Shown here in pieces: positions 10,049 through 19,219 of a stretch of DNA of 64,000 nucleotides. Position 1 is the stretch's first letter, and every line of letters begins with the position of its first letter. Both the position numbers and the translations under genes were made by a program. This DNA is from an uncultured Eggerthellaceae bacterium. Lineage in GTDB: Bacteria; Actinomycetota; Coriobacteriia; Coriobacteriales; Eggerthellaceae. The notes beneath the pieces are model-generated. The model was not told the DNA's origin. It searched no databases and was given only the letters and a program-made list of their open reading frames with translations. The stretch covers positions 24,494 through 88,493 of the forward strand of contig CAJOIP010000017.1 of assembly GCA_905234785.1 (NCBI GenBank), given 5' to 3'.

Positions 10049-11524
10049 ATGGACGCAATTGCCGCAATTTTCGCTTCGGGTTCTCCCCTAGCCCAAGCAG
10101 TCGACGCCGTCGACTCGTTCGTCTGGGGGTGGGTCATGATCGCGCTGCTGCTCGGCACGCACGTGTTCATGACCATCCGCACGAAGTTCATCCAGCGCAA
10201 GCTGGGCACGGCCATTAAGCTGTCGATTTCGAACGCCGACACGGGCGCGCAGGGCGACGTCTCGCAATTTGGTGCCCTGACCACGGCGCTTGCCGCCACC
10301 ATCGGCACGGGCAACATCGTCGGCGTGGCCACGGGCCTGTTCTTCGGCGGCCCGGGCGCGATCTTCTGGATGTGGATCACCGGCGTGTTCGGCATCGCCA
10401 CCAAGTACTCCGAGACCTACATTTCGGTGAAGTACCGCGTGAAGGACCACAACGGCGAGATGCTCGGCGGCGCCATGTACGCGCTCGAGCGTGGCTTCAA
10501 GCACAAGGGCCTCGGCAAGGTGCTCGGCGTGCTGTTCGCGCTGTTCGCGTTCATCGCCAGCTTCGGCATCGGCGCGTCGGTGCAGTCGAACGCGCTGTCG
10601 GGCGTCATCACGTCCTACATCGAGCCCATGTTCGACTCGCCCGACCAGATGCTGGCCACCTCCATCATGATCGGCATCGTGCTCATGATATTGGTGGGCG
10701 TCGTCATCATGGGCGGCATCAAGTCCATCACCCGCGTGACGACCAGGCTCGTCCCGCTTATGGCCGTGCTGTACGTGGCGGGCTGCCTTGTCATCATCGG
10801 CATGAACGGCCAGTACGTGGGCGAGGCCATCGGCATGATCGTCACGTGCGCCTTCACCGGCGAGGCCGCGTTCGGCGGCGCGGTGGGAAGCACCGTTGCC
10901 CTTGCGCTGCAATACGGCTTCAAACGCGGCCTGTTCAGCAACGAGTCCGGCCTCGGCTCGGCGCCGCTCGTCGCCGCGAACGCCACGACGAAGAACCCGG
11001 CACGCCAGGCGCTCGTTTCCATGACCGGTACGTTCTGGGACACGGTCATCGTGTGCGCCATCACGGGCATCATGCTCGTTTCCACCATGCTGGCCAATCC
11101 CGAGATTCAGGCGGGCATCTTGTCCGGCGAGATCACGGCTGCGGCGCAGCTCACCACGACGGCGTTCGCCGAGATTCCCGTGCTCGGACCCATCGTGCTG
11201 TCGATCGGCATGATCCTGTTCTCGTATTCCACGATGCTCGGCTGGGCGCAGTACGGCAACCGCGCGGTGGCCTACCTGTTCGGCAAGAAGGGCATCCGCC
11301 CCTACCAAGTGGTGTTCTTGCTGTTCGTGTTCTGGGGCTGCATCGGCGGCGGCGATTTGGTGTGGAACCTTTCCGACATCAGCAACGCGCTGATGGCCGT
11401 GCCGAACTGCATCGCCGTGCTGGGACTGTCGGCCGTCATCGCCAAGGGCACGCAGCATTACGTGTACGAGAAGAACCTCGACGAGGTCGACGACACGCCG
11501 ATTCCGCAATTCGACGCGAAGTAG
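10049..11524 (+). CDS. Alanine/glycine:cation symporter (AGCS family)
   Basis: ..QFGALTTALAATIGTGNIVGVATGLFFGGPGAIFWMWITGVFGIATKYSE.. is the hallmark AGCS region. RBS AGGGAGGGAG lies upstream. Confidence 0.9.
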   Translation: MDAIAAIFASGSPLAQAVDAVDSFVWGWVMIALLLGTHVFMTIRTKFIQRKLGTAIKLSISNADTGAQGDVSQFGALTTALAATIGTGNIVGVATGLFFGGPGAIFWMWITGVFGIATKYSETYISVKYRVKDHNGEMLGGAMYALERGFKHKGLGKVLGVLFALFAFIASFGIGASVQSNALSGVITSYIEPMFDSPDQMLATSIMIGIVLMILVGVVIMGGIKSITRVTTRLVPLMAVLYVAGCLVIIGMNGQYVGEAIGMIVTCAFTGEAAFGGAVGSTVALALQYGFKRGLFSNESGLGSAPLVAANATTKNPARQALVSMTGTFWDTVIVCAITGIMLVSTMLANPEIQAGILSGEITAAAQLTTTAFAEIPVLGPIVLSIGMILFSYSTMLGWAQYGNRAVAYLFGKKGIRPYQVVFLLFVFWGCIGGGDLVWNLSDISNALMAVPNCIAVLGLSAVIAKGTQHYVYEKNLDEVDDTPIPQFDAK

Positions 11525-11547
11525 CCCGTCCTGCGGTCGCTCGGGGC

Positions 11548-11638
11548 CGGGAAGAGGGGTTCGGGCTTGTCCTCGCCCGCATGGGCATTGGAGCTTGTTG
11601 CCATATCCGGCTGCGGAATCGCCCTCACCCCCCTTCCC
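11548..11638. repeat. Family C interspersed repeat copy
   Basis: gggaagaggggttcgggcttgtcctcg and ctgcggaatcgccctcacccccc match segments of the 18499-18719 repeat cluster, partly in the opposite orientation. Confidence 0.7.
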
Positions 11639-11675
11639 GGCCCCGAGCCACGCTTTTCAGGTAAAACGCCATTGA

Positions 11676-11708
11676 ATGAGCGAGGGGACGTTTCCCTCGC
11701 TCATTTTG
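11676..11708 (+). terminator. Rho-independent terminator after the AGCS gene
   Basis: Stem atgagcgaggg / ccctcgctcat followed by TTTT. Confidence 0.6.
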
Positions 11709-11746
11709 GTATGCTGGGAGCAGTAGGTTTGCGAGGAAGGAATGCC

Positions 11747-13090
11747 ATGATCGAGCGGTATACGCGACCGGAAATGGGGCGCATTTGGGAGCTGCAGAAC
11801 AAGTTCGAGATCTGGAAGGAAATCGAAATTCTGGCATGCGAGGCGCAGGCCGAGCTTAGCACGTGCGACATCACGCGCGAGGAAGCCGCCTGGATACGCG
11901 AACACGCCGATTTCACGGTCGAGCGCATCGACGAGATCGAGCAAGTCACGAACCACGACGTCATCGCCTTCCTCACCAACATGGCCGAGTACATCGACGC
12001 CGACCTGCCCGAGGGCGCCGAGCCGCCGAGCCGCTGGGTTCATTACGGCATGACGTCGAGCGACCTGGGCGACACGGCGCTGTGCTACCAGATAACGCAG
12101 GCATGCGACATCATCCTGGCCGACATCCGCAAGCTGGGGCAGACGTGCAAGAAGCGTGCGTTCGAGTTCCAGGACACGCTGTGCGTCGGGCGCACACACG
12201 GCATTTCGGCCGAGCCCATGACGTTCGGCATGAAGTTCGGCAGCTGGGCGTGGGCGTTGAAACGCGCCGAGGAGCGCATGGAGGCGGCCCGCGCCGCCAT
12301 CGCCACGGGCGCCATTTCAGGCGCGGTCGGGTCGTATTCCAGCATCGACCCGTACGTCGAGCAGTACGTGTGCGAGAAGCTGGGGCTGACCCCCGACCCG
12401 CTTTCCACCCAGGTCGTCGCGCGCGACCGCCATGCGCAGGTCATGACATGCCTGGCCACCGTGGCTTCCACGCTGGAATCGATCGCCATGCAGGTGCGCC
12501 TGCTGCAGCAAACCGACGTCATCGAGGCGGAAGAGCCGTTCAAGAAGGGGCAGAAGGGCTCGTCGGCCATGCCGCACAAGCGCAACCCCATCACGGTCGA
12601 GCGCGTCTGCGGCCTGTCGCGCGTGGTGAAGGCGAACTCGCAGGTGGCGCTCGACAACGTGGCACTGTGGTACGAGCGCGACATCAGCCATTCCGGTGCC
12701 GAGCGCGTGGCGCTGGCCGACAGCTTCATCGCGCTCGACTACATGTTCTACAAGATGCAGCCGCTGCTGGAAAACCTGTTCACCTACCCCGCCAAGATGG
12801 AGCACAACCTGTGGCGCACGCGCGGCCTCATCTTCAGCTCGAAAGTCATCCTGGCGCTCGTGCAGACGGGCATCACACGCGAGGACGCGTACGTCATCGT
12901 GCAGCGCAACGCCATGAAGGTGTGGGAGGACATCCAGAACGCCGTGGCCGGCCCCTCGTACCGCGAACGCTTGGAAGCCGACCCTGAGTGCACGCTGAGC
13001 GCCGAGCAGCTTGACGACATCTTCGACCCGTGGGCGTTCCTGCAGCGCAAGGACGCCATCTTCGAGCGCTTGGAGAAGCTGGAATTCTAG
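11747..13090 (+). CDS. purB: Adenylosuccinate lyase
   Basis: MIERYTRPEMGRIWELQNKFEIWKEIE.. and the fumarate-lyase signature GSSAMPHKRNP. The start is moved to ATG 11747 (RBS GCGAGGAAGG); the track extension 11567-11746 reads through repeats. Confidence 0.9.
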   Translation: MIERYTRPEMGRIWELQNKFEIWKEIEILACEAQAELSTCDITREEAAWIREHADFTVERIDEIEQVTNHDVIAFLTNMAEYIDADLPEGAEPPSRWVHYGMTSSDLGDTALCYQITQACDIILADIRKLGQTCKKRAFEFQDTLCVGRTHGISAEPMTFGMKFGSWAWALKRAEERMEAARAAIATGAISGAVGSYSSIDPYVEQYVCEKLGLTPDPLSTQVVARDRHAQVMTCLATVASTLESIAMQVRLLQQTDVIEAEEPFKKGQKGSSAMPHKRNPITVERVCGLSRVVKANSQVALDNVALWYERDISHSGAERVALADSFIALDYMFYKMQPLLENLFTYPAKMEHNLWRTRGLIFSSKVILALVQTGITREDAYVIVQRNAMKVWEDIQNAVAGPSYRERLEADPECTLSAEQLDDIFDPWAFLQRKDAIFERLEKLEF

Positions 13091-13097
13091 GCAATTT

Positions 13098-13172
13098 GCC
13101 ATCCCGAGCGTCAGCGAGGGATCTCGGGCCCTGCCCGCCGCCGAGCGCTCCGCCCGGGGTGACGGGGCGGGA
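13098..13172. repeat. Family A interspersed repeat (core GTCATCCYGAGC..GGGATCTCGGGC)
   Basis: gccatcccgagcgtcagcgagggatctcgggccctgccc.. lies between the convergent purB and trkA-like genes. Confidence 0.7.
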
Positions 13173-13187
13173 ATTAAGGCGCATGCC

Positions 13188-13859
13188 CTATAGCTCGCGG
13201 AAGAGGGTGCGGACGACGGGGATTTGGTCGCGGTCGGCAGCCACGACAACGGTGTCGCCCGGGTAGATGCGGGTTTCCTCGCCGGCGACTTCCACTTCGT
13301 CTTTAGCTGACACGGCCACGATCAGGCTGTTCTCGGGCATGTCGATATCGCTGATGAGCATGCCGTCGTTGCCGACGGTGTCGGCGAGGCGCGGCACCGA
13401 CAGCTCGGTGAGCACCACGTTGCCGTGCGTCAGCGACGACACGACGCTGACGGAGCCCATGAGCGTTTCCTCCTCGATGAGGTTGGCAATCATCTCGGTC
13501 GACGAGATGGCCTCGATGCCAAGCGCGCGGAAGATGCGCTGGTTCTTGGGCGCGTTCACACGGGCGATGCAGCGCGGCACATCGTAGATGCGCGAGGCGA
13601 TTTCGCACGAAACCAGATTGTTGTCGTCGTGGCCGGTTGCCGCCACGAACACGTCGGCCTTGCGGATGCCGGCGTCTTCCTGATAGCGCGAGTCGCAGCC
13701 GTCGCCGCGGATGACCAGGTAACGGCCCTGCAGCACCATTGACAAGCGGTCGGCGACATCGCGCTCGCGCTCGATGATGGCCACCTCGTTGCCGCTTTGC
13801 AGCAACACCGTGGCCAGGTACTCGCCCACTTTTCCGCCGCCGTTGATGACGATGTACAT
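13188..13859 (-). CDS. TrkA/KtrA-type K+ uptake regulatory protein (RCK N + C domains)
   Basis: MYIVINGGGKVGEYLA.. is a Rossmann GxGxxG motif, followed by ..VFVAATGHDDNNLVSCEIASRIYDVPRCIARVN and a TrkA_C-like C-terminus. The start is ATG 13859. Confidence 0.85.
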   Translation of the reverse strand: MYIVINGGGKVGEYLATVLLQSGNEVAIIERERDVADRLSMVLQGRYLVIRGDGCDSRYQEDAGIRKADVFVAATGHDDNNLVSCEIASRIYDVPRCIARVNAPKNQRIFRALGIEAISSTEMIANLIEEETLMGSVSVVSSLTHGNVVLTELSVPRLADTVGNDGMLISDIDMPENSLIVAVSAKDEVEVAGEETRIYPGDTVVVAADRDQIPVVRTLFREL

Positions 13860-13879
13860 GTACGCCTCCCGCATACAAC

Positions 13880-13906
13880 GTGCCACGAGGGGCGCCCTCG
13901 CGGCAC
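13880..13906. repeat. Family D GC-rich hairpin
   Basis: gtgccacgaggggcgccctcgcggcac, between the two trkA-like genes. Confidence 0.6.
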
Positions 13907-13912
13907 ATTCCC

Positions 13913-14547
13913 TTATGACTGAATGTACTTGCCGAACTCGTCGATGAGGTCGTGCCTCACGCACGCGAGCACCAAGTCGCCGTGGTACAGCGTCGACTCG
14001 CCCGTGGGAATGGACGATGCCGAGCCGTCTTTGCGCTCGAACGCGATGACGCGGATGTCGTGGTCGCGTTCGATGTCGTGCACGCGCAGGGCGCCCCGCT
14101 CGGTCCATGACAGGTCGATGGAAAAGCGCAGGACCTCGTAGTCGCCGAACGTGTCGAGATGCGACCCATGGCCGGAAATGGCCTTGCTGAACACTTCCTC
14201 GGCGACGAGCGTGGTGCCGCACACGTAGTCGATGCCGAGCTGCATGTACGCGCGCTCGTGGTCGTGGTTGTACAGGCGCGCGATGACGTGCGGCACGTCG
14301 TACAGGCGTTCGCGTTGTCGGACTGGGTGACGGCCGCCACGACGTCGCAGTCCTCGACGCCCGCCTTCACGAGCGTGTCCTCGTCGTAGCCGATGCCCTG
14401 CACGGTTGACCCGTTGAAGTTGCGGCCCAGGTTGTTGAACGCATCGGCGCGCCAGTCGATGACGCACACGTTGTCGCCGTTGTCGGAGAGCATGGACGCG
14501 ATGCGCGAACCCACGCGCCCGCACCCCACCACGATCACATTGCGCAT
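13913..14547 (-). pseudogene. Second TrkA/KtrA-type gene, disrupted by a frameshift/short internal deletion near 14305
   Basis: The N-terminal 81 aa (MRNVIVVGCGRVGSRIA..VVAAVTQSDNANA) are in the frame of ORF 13957..14547. The rest (RLYDVPHVIARLYNHDHE..TrkA_C) is in the frame of ORF 13913..14524. The total span of 635 nt is not a multiple of 3. About 8 aa are missing relative to the paralogue (DDNNLVSCEIASRIYDVP). Confidence 0.7.
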
Positions 14548-14651
14548 ACCGATTCCTTCCAGGTTACGACCTAGAACGATAGTATCTCACATGCAGCAAA
14601 GAAGCAGGCGAAAACGGCGGGGATCAGCGCGCTAAAGTTGCTCCTCGTGAA

Positions 14652-14701
14652 CCGTAGGGGCGCACTCCGTGCGCCCGCGCCCGTCAGGGCGCATGTGCGC
14701 C
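14652..14701. repeat. Family B palindromic repeat (core GTAGGGGCGC..GCGCCC)
   Basis: ccgtaggggcgcactccgtgcgcccgcgcccgtcagggcgcatgtgcgcc. Confidence 0.65.
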
Positions 14702-14773
14702 AGTGCTTCAATGCGTGTTGGGACGTGCCGCCTTCGGCGGCGGGCGCACGGAGCAGCACCGACGCGTCGCAAC

Positions 14774-15604
14774 TTAGATATAAGACATCTGAGTGAGGGT
14801 TTTGTTGTACCACTCTTGCCAGTTGGGCGGGCAGTAAATCTGGGCGGCCTCGACCGTGATGCTGTAGCCGTAGCCGGCAGCCAAGCCGGCAACGTGGGCG
14901 CGAATGGCGGTCTCCCAATCGCCCCAACCGGTGTTGCCCCAGCCCCAGGCGTTGCACGGGCGGAAGCAGACCTCGCCCTTCGAGCTTTCGGTGTTGGAAA
15001 TGGCCGGCGACCAACGCGGGTCGACGCCGTTATCCCACGCAGCCTCGGCGAAGATTTGGCCGTAGCCTTCAAGCGGGGAGCCCGACAGGTAGCCGTCGAT
15101 GCGGCCCGACCACTCGGCTACGAACGCCTCCTTGCCGACCGACCAGTCGACAGCGGGCAGATTGTACTCGACCGTTTCAGGAGCGGGGGCTTCGCCGCTG
15201 ACCGTTTCCTTCGACGTTTCGACGCCCTGCTTGGCCTTTTCGGCCGCCATGCGCTCGAGGGCGGCGGCGTTTTCCGCGGCGATGCGCTCTTGCTCGGCGC
15301 GTTCCATGTCGTCGATCATGCGCATGCCGGCATCGAGATTGCGCGGCGTGGCTTCCGCAAGAGCCGAACGCTCGAGGAACTGGAAGGTTTCCGATTCTAC
15401 CGTGGCGTTGACCTGCTGCGACAGTGAATCAGTGTGGGTGGAAGACTTGCTGAAGCCGAATGCGCCAGCACGTTCCATGTCGTCCATGGAATCGGCCGAG
15501 GCCACGCCAAGGCCGACGCCACCGACGATGGCGACAATAAAAAAGCCGGCTATGGCGGTGAACACCATGTTGCCGGCTGTACGTTTAGGCTGCTTCCGAC
15601 TCAT
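14774..15604 (-). CDS. Membrane-anchored secreted protein, possible cell-wall (glucosaminidase/lysozyme-like) hydrolase
   Basis: N-terminal TM segment (MVFTAIAGFFIVAIVGGVGLGVA), a coiled Ala/Glu-rich linker, and a C-terminal domain ..AAWDNGVDPRWSPAISNTESSKGEVCFRPCNAWGWG.. with an E-S/G..NAWG pattern reminiscent of muramidase-type domains. The assignment is tentative. Confidence 0.35.
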   Translation of the reverse strand: MSRKQPKRTAGNMVFTAIAGFFIVAIVGGVGLGVASADSMDDMERAGAFGFSKSSTHTDSLSQQVNATVESETFQFLERSALAEATPRNLDAGMRMIDDMERAEQERIAAENAAALERMAAEKAKQGVETSKETVSGEAPAPETVEYNLPAVDWSVGKEAFVAEWSGRIDGYLSGSPLEGYGQIFAEAAWDNGVDPRWSPAISNTESSKGEVCFRPCNAWGWGNTGWGDWETAIRAHVAGLAAGYGYSITVEAAQIYCPPNWQEWYNKTLTQMSYI

Positions 15605-15866
15605 ATTTCAATTTTCTCTTCGAGCAGCGGACTGCCGCTGCTGTGCGAAGTATTTTACCGTACCCGTTTTACGGGACGCAATTTCTTGTGGAGGAGCGCT
15701 TCACGGTTTGTTCGCTTGACAACCTGGGCAAATGTATGATTCCACCGTCAAAAGCGCAACATGTGCTGACGGTCGTTCGCAGGCACACAAAATCTCGACA
15801 CGAACAAACGTGCCGTCATGGGCACGGGAGCTGAACGCGAACGGTTCTCCAGAGCAGTTGAAAGGC

Positions 15867-16670
15867 TTAGCGATTCACGAAGGAGATCTGGAGGTTGCGG
15901 CCGTCGGGCATTTGGAAGAGCAGCGTTTCCATGTCGCCGGGAAGCGCGCAGGTGGTCAGTGCGACGATGCAGAACGCCACGATGAAGAACGCGCCCGCCA
16001 CCATGAGCGCGTTGATGCCGCGATACACCCCGAACGCGTACAGCGCGACGCCGCCCAAGACGAGCGGCCAGGCCAGTTCGAACGCGCAGGGAATCGTGTT
16101 CCACGACATGACGCCGAGCGACATGGGCAGCAACGTGGCGGCGAGCGACAGCACGACGATGCCGAGGGAATGCCACGCCATCTCGAGGCGCGTCGGAATG
16201 GGAATGATGATGAGGCACAGGCCCAGCATGAGCACCGCCACGGGCCAGAACTGCCACCATTCGGTTCCGGGCATGAGCGGCGACAGGTTGGTGGCGATGA
16301 GCAGGAACAGCAGCAGCAACGCCACGGCGACCGCCAGCCGCGCGAGCATGGCCACGCCGTCGACGTTGGTCTTGCTCACGTCCTTGGCCGCGCGGCCGGT
16401 CACGCAATCGATGCAGCCGAACGCGTTCGACTCGGCGCTTTCGGGCGTGATTTCGTACAGCACGTCCTGCTCGCCTTCGCGCGGCATGCGCGCCCACAGG
16501 ATAAGGTAGGCGATGCCGCCGACGCCGAACGTCATAACCGTGATGAAAATGGCGAGGATGCGCGTGACGATGGGGTCGAGGTCGAAGCGCTTGGCAAGCC
16601 CGGCGCACACGCCGCCGATGCATGCGTTGCGCGAACGGCAAGCGCGGTTCTCGACTGCTTGCGTTGCCAC
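15867..16670 (-). CDS. PspC domain-containing membrane protein
   Basis: ..RSRNACIGGVCAGLAKRFDLDPIVTRILAIFITVMTFGVGGIAYLILW is a PspC motif, followed by several TM helices. GTG start with RBS GGGGGAG. Confidence 0.75.
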   Translation of the reverse strand: MATQAVENRACRSRNACIGGVCAGLAKRFDLDPIVTRILAIFITVMTFGVGGIAYLILWARMPREGEQDVLYEITPESAESNAFGCIDCVTGRAAKDVSKTNVDGVAMLARLAVAVALLLLFLLIATNLSPLMPGTEWWQFWPVAVLMLGLCLIIIPIPTRLEMAWHSLGIVVLSLAATLLPMSLGVMSWNTIPCAFELAWPLVLGGVALYAFGVYRGINALMVAGAFFIVAFCIVALTTCALPGDMETLLFQMPDGRNLQISFVNR

Positions 16671-16732
16671 TGCTCCCCCGTTTCGACCTCGTTTGCCATA
16701 CCGAGCGAAACGGCGCTGAAGCGCCTAGGAAC

Positions 16733-16787
16733 TCTCCGCGAAGCAACGGGCAAAGCCCGAGATCCTTCGCCTTCGGCTCAGGATGAC
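16733..16787. repeat. Family A repeat overlapping the 3' end of the CorC-like gene
   Basis: The reverse strand reads gtcatcctgagccgaaggcgaaggatctcgggctttgcccg... The TGA stop of the CorC-like ORF lies inside the GTCATCCTGAGC core. Confidence 0.7.
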
Positions 16788-17614
16788 ATACCGTCAATCT
16801 CTTCCAACTGCACGACCTGCACGGTGCGGATGCGGCGGCGGCGCATGGTTCGCACCTTGAAGCGATATCCGTCGACGATAAGCTCGTCGCCTACCTGCGG
16901 CACCGCGTCGGCAACGTGCAGCAGCCAACCTGCGATCGTGTCGTACTGGTCGGACTCGACGACCGGCCAGCCCATTTCGAGCGCATCTTCGACCGGCAGG
17001 CGACCATCGACCAGCCATTCGGTTTCGGTCAGGCGCGTGACGTACGGCACTTCCGAATCGGTTTCGTCGATGATTTCGCCGACAATCTCCTCAACGATAT
17101 CCTCCAGCGTAATTAAACCATCGGTGCCACCGTATTCGTCCACTACAATGGCCATTTGTTGCCTATTCGTTTGCATCTCGGACAGCAGCGGGAATAGATC
17201 CTTCGTTTCGGGGACGAACAGGGCCTCTTGGATGTAGTCGGAAATGGGGCCGTCGATGTCGCCGTCGAGCACGGCGGGAATGAGGCTCTTGTAGCGCGCG
17301 ATGCCGATGATATGGTCGAGGTCTTCATGGAACACCGGCAGGCGCGAATACCCGGTGCCGCGCATGCGCTCGAGGGCGGCGCGCACGGTTTCGGTGTCTT
17401 CGACGGCGATGATGTCGACGCGCGGCTGCATGACGTCGCTCACCGTGAGCTCGTCGAGCTCGAGGATCTCGCCGATCATGCGCTTCTCGTCGTCGAGCAG
17501 CTCGTCGTTGTCGTCGACGAGCTCCTTTATCTCCTCTTCGGAAACTTGCCGCTTGCCGCGCCCGAACAAACCGTGGAATAGCCCGGGCTTGGAACTATCG
17601 CCTTCCTTTGACAT
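16778..17614 (-). CDS. CBS-pair + CorC_HlyC domain protein (CorC/YbeX-like Mg2+/Co2+ transport-associated)
   Basis: ..LTVSDVMQPRVDIIAVEDTETV..GYSRLPVFHEDLDHIIGI.. is the CBS pair. ..DEYGGTDGLITLEDIVEEIVGEI.. and the C-terminal transporter-associated domain follow. Confidence 0.8.
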   Translation of the reverse strand: MSKEGDSSKPGLFHGLFGRGKRQVSEEEIKELVDDNDELLDDEKRMIGEILELDELTVSDVMQPRVDIIAVEDTETVRAALERMRGTGYSRLPVFHEDLDHIIGIARYKSLIPAVLDGDIDGPISDYIQEALFVPETKDLFPLLSEMQTNRQQMAIVVDEYGGTDGLITLEDIVEEIVGEIIDETDSEVPYVTRLTETEWLVDGRLPVEDALEMGWPVVESDQYDTIAGWLLHVADAVPQVGDELIVDGYRFKVRTMRRRRIRTVQVVQLEEIDGMSS

Positions 17615-17659
17615 GGAATTCCTCTTCCCCCTGCGAGCCGGCTGACGAAGCCGGCCGGC

Positions 17660-18445
17660 TTAAATGACGAATAGAACGACCGACAGGAACAGGCACGTGC
17701 AGCCTGCGAATGCGACGAGGTGAAACACGAAGCGCAGGTAGCGCACGCCGCTGAACCACCTGAAGCCGAGGCTTATCGCGAGCACGAACAGCGCCGCCAT
17801 GAGCAGCACGAACCCGGGCGTGGCGAGCGTGGCCGCCAGCGGTGGCACGAACGCGAGGAACGCCGTGCACATGACGGCGTAGATGAGCCCGTGAACCCAG
17901 CGCGGGCGCGTGGCCCATACGGCCTCGATGACGATGCCCCCGATGGCGAGCGCCCACTCGGCGATGCACAGGCCCGTGCCGCCGGTGCCGCTGAGCGCGA
18001 TGAGGCAGTACGGCGTGAACGCGCCGGCGATGAGCAGGTACGTGGAGCTGTTGTCGAGCACCTTGAAGACGCGCTTGGCGCCGTCGGATTGCAGCGCGTG
18101 GTACAGCGTCGACATGGTGAACGACAGCACCATGGGAACGGCGAAAAGCAGCGCCGCGAGCAGGCGAATGCCGCCGCCGTGACTGATTGCCGTGACGACC
18201 AGGATGATGAGCGCGGCGAGCGCCAACGCGGCGGCGACGCCTTGGGAAACGGAATTGGCGACCGTCTCGCCGAGCGTGAACTCGCGACCCGCGTAGTCGT
18301 CACGCTGGCGGGCGCGGCGGCGGCGCTTGCGCGCGCGGGCGTAGTCAGATATTTCCGATTCCGGCTTGAACTGCGAAGGAACCCAAACCGGCACGTCAGC
18401 CGACGCCGGCTCGGGACTCGCTGCAGGTGTTTCCAATTTATTCAT
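17660..18445 (-). CDS. Hemolysin III / PAQR family membrane protein
   Basis: 7-TM protein with ..NSVSQGVAAALA.., ..STLYHAL.., ..DNSSTYLLIAGAFTPY.. motifs typical of the Hly-III (YqfA/TrhA) family, plus an Arg-rich N-terminal extension. Confidence 0.8.
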   Translation of the reverse strand: MNKLETPAASPEPASADVPVWVPSQFKPESEISDYARARKRRRRARQRDDYAGREFTLGETVANSVSQGVAAALALAALIILVVTAISHGGGIRLLAALLFAVPMVLSFTMSTLYHALQSDGAKRVFKVLDNSSTYLLIAGAFTPYCLIALSGTGGTGLCIAEWALAIGGIVIEAVWATRPRWVHGLIYAVMCTAFLAFVPPLAATLATPGFVLLMAALFVLAISLGFRWFSGVRYLRFVFHLVAFAGCTCLFLSVVLFVI

Positions 18446-18498
18446 GCGTTCATTTTAATACATCGTCGGAAACCTACCCACAATGAAGGGCGGCCCAG

Positions 18499-18719
18499 GT
18501 TGATTTGCGCCCAAGCGGAAGAGCGTAGCTTTCGGCGGAGGAGGGAGGGGTGCGGGCGATTCCGCAGGCACAAACTTGTAAGTTGATTTGCGCCCAAGCG
18601 GAAGAGCGTAGCTTTCGGCGGCGGGAAGAGGGGTGAGGGCGATTCCGCAGGCACAAACTATTATTTATATAGGTTTAGCCGAGGACAAGCCCGAACCCCT
18701 CTTCCCGCCGCCGAAAGCG
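18499..18719. repeat. Family C repeat cluster: two tandem 77-bp units plus one inverted partial unit
   Basis: The 77-bp units at 18499-18575 and 18582-18658 (gttgatttgcgcccaagcggaagagcgtagctttcggcgg..gggcgattccgcaggcacaaac) differ at 4 of 77 positions (my hand alignment). An inverted partial copy (cccctcttcccgccgccgaaagc) is at ~18697-18719. Confidence 0.85.
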
Positions 18720-18736
18720 GACAGAAGGGCAGACGC

Positions 18737-19219
18737 CTACTTCCAATGCTTGTCGAATTGCTTGACTTGCTCGGAAAGGGCGGCGAGCTCTTCGGGTGAG
18801 AGTTCGGGAAGATGCTCGAGGCGGTCGAGGAACTGGGCGGCGCTGGCGTCGCGGCGGGCGTTCATGCGCTCGCCGCAGTAGGTGACCACAGCGCCGGTGA
18901 TCAGCGCGAGGAAAAACACCGAGTACACCGACAGCACGATGGCCGCCACGCGCCCGACGATCGACGTGCACGTGAAATCGCCCAGGCCGATGGTCGTGAC
19001 CACCTGGAACATGAGCCAGGCCGCATTGGTGAAACCGCCGATGGCGGGCTCGACAGTCGAGACGATGAGCGACACGATGAGGAACAGCACGACGAAGGTG
19101 ATGGCCCATGGCACAAGGCCCGCCGCGCGAATGACCGGCCAAATGGCGCGGAACCGCAGGGGTTCTGGCCCGGACGACTTGGGTGCGAGCTTCTCGGGCG
19201 TTTCATTCGGTTCGCTCAT
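18737..19219 (-). CDS. Small K+ channel (2-TM pore domain) protein
   Basis: Selectivity-filter sequence VVTTIGLGDFT between two TM helices, with a short cytoplasmic tail. Confidence 0.75.
   Translation of the reverse strand: MSEPNETPEKLAPKSSGPEPLRFRAIWPVIRAAGLVPWAITFVVLFLIVSLIVSTVEPAIGGFTNAAWLMFQVVTTIGLGDFTCTSIVGRVAAIVLSVYSVFFLALITGAVVTYCGERMNARRDASAAQFLDRLEHLPELSPEELAALSEQVKQFDKHWK

Noticed and set aside
11567-11746. N-terminal extension of purB, with similar extensions at 33669..33758 (argH), 21915..22046, 52481..52597 (vapC), 26337..26411 (hypC) and 13860..14222
   Set aside because: The extensions run through intergenic repeats or neighbouring genes. Canonical N-termini with RBSs exist at the internal starts.
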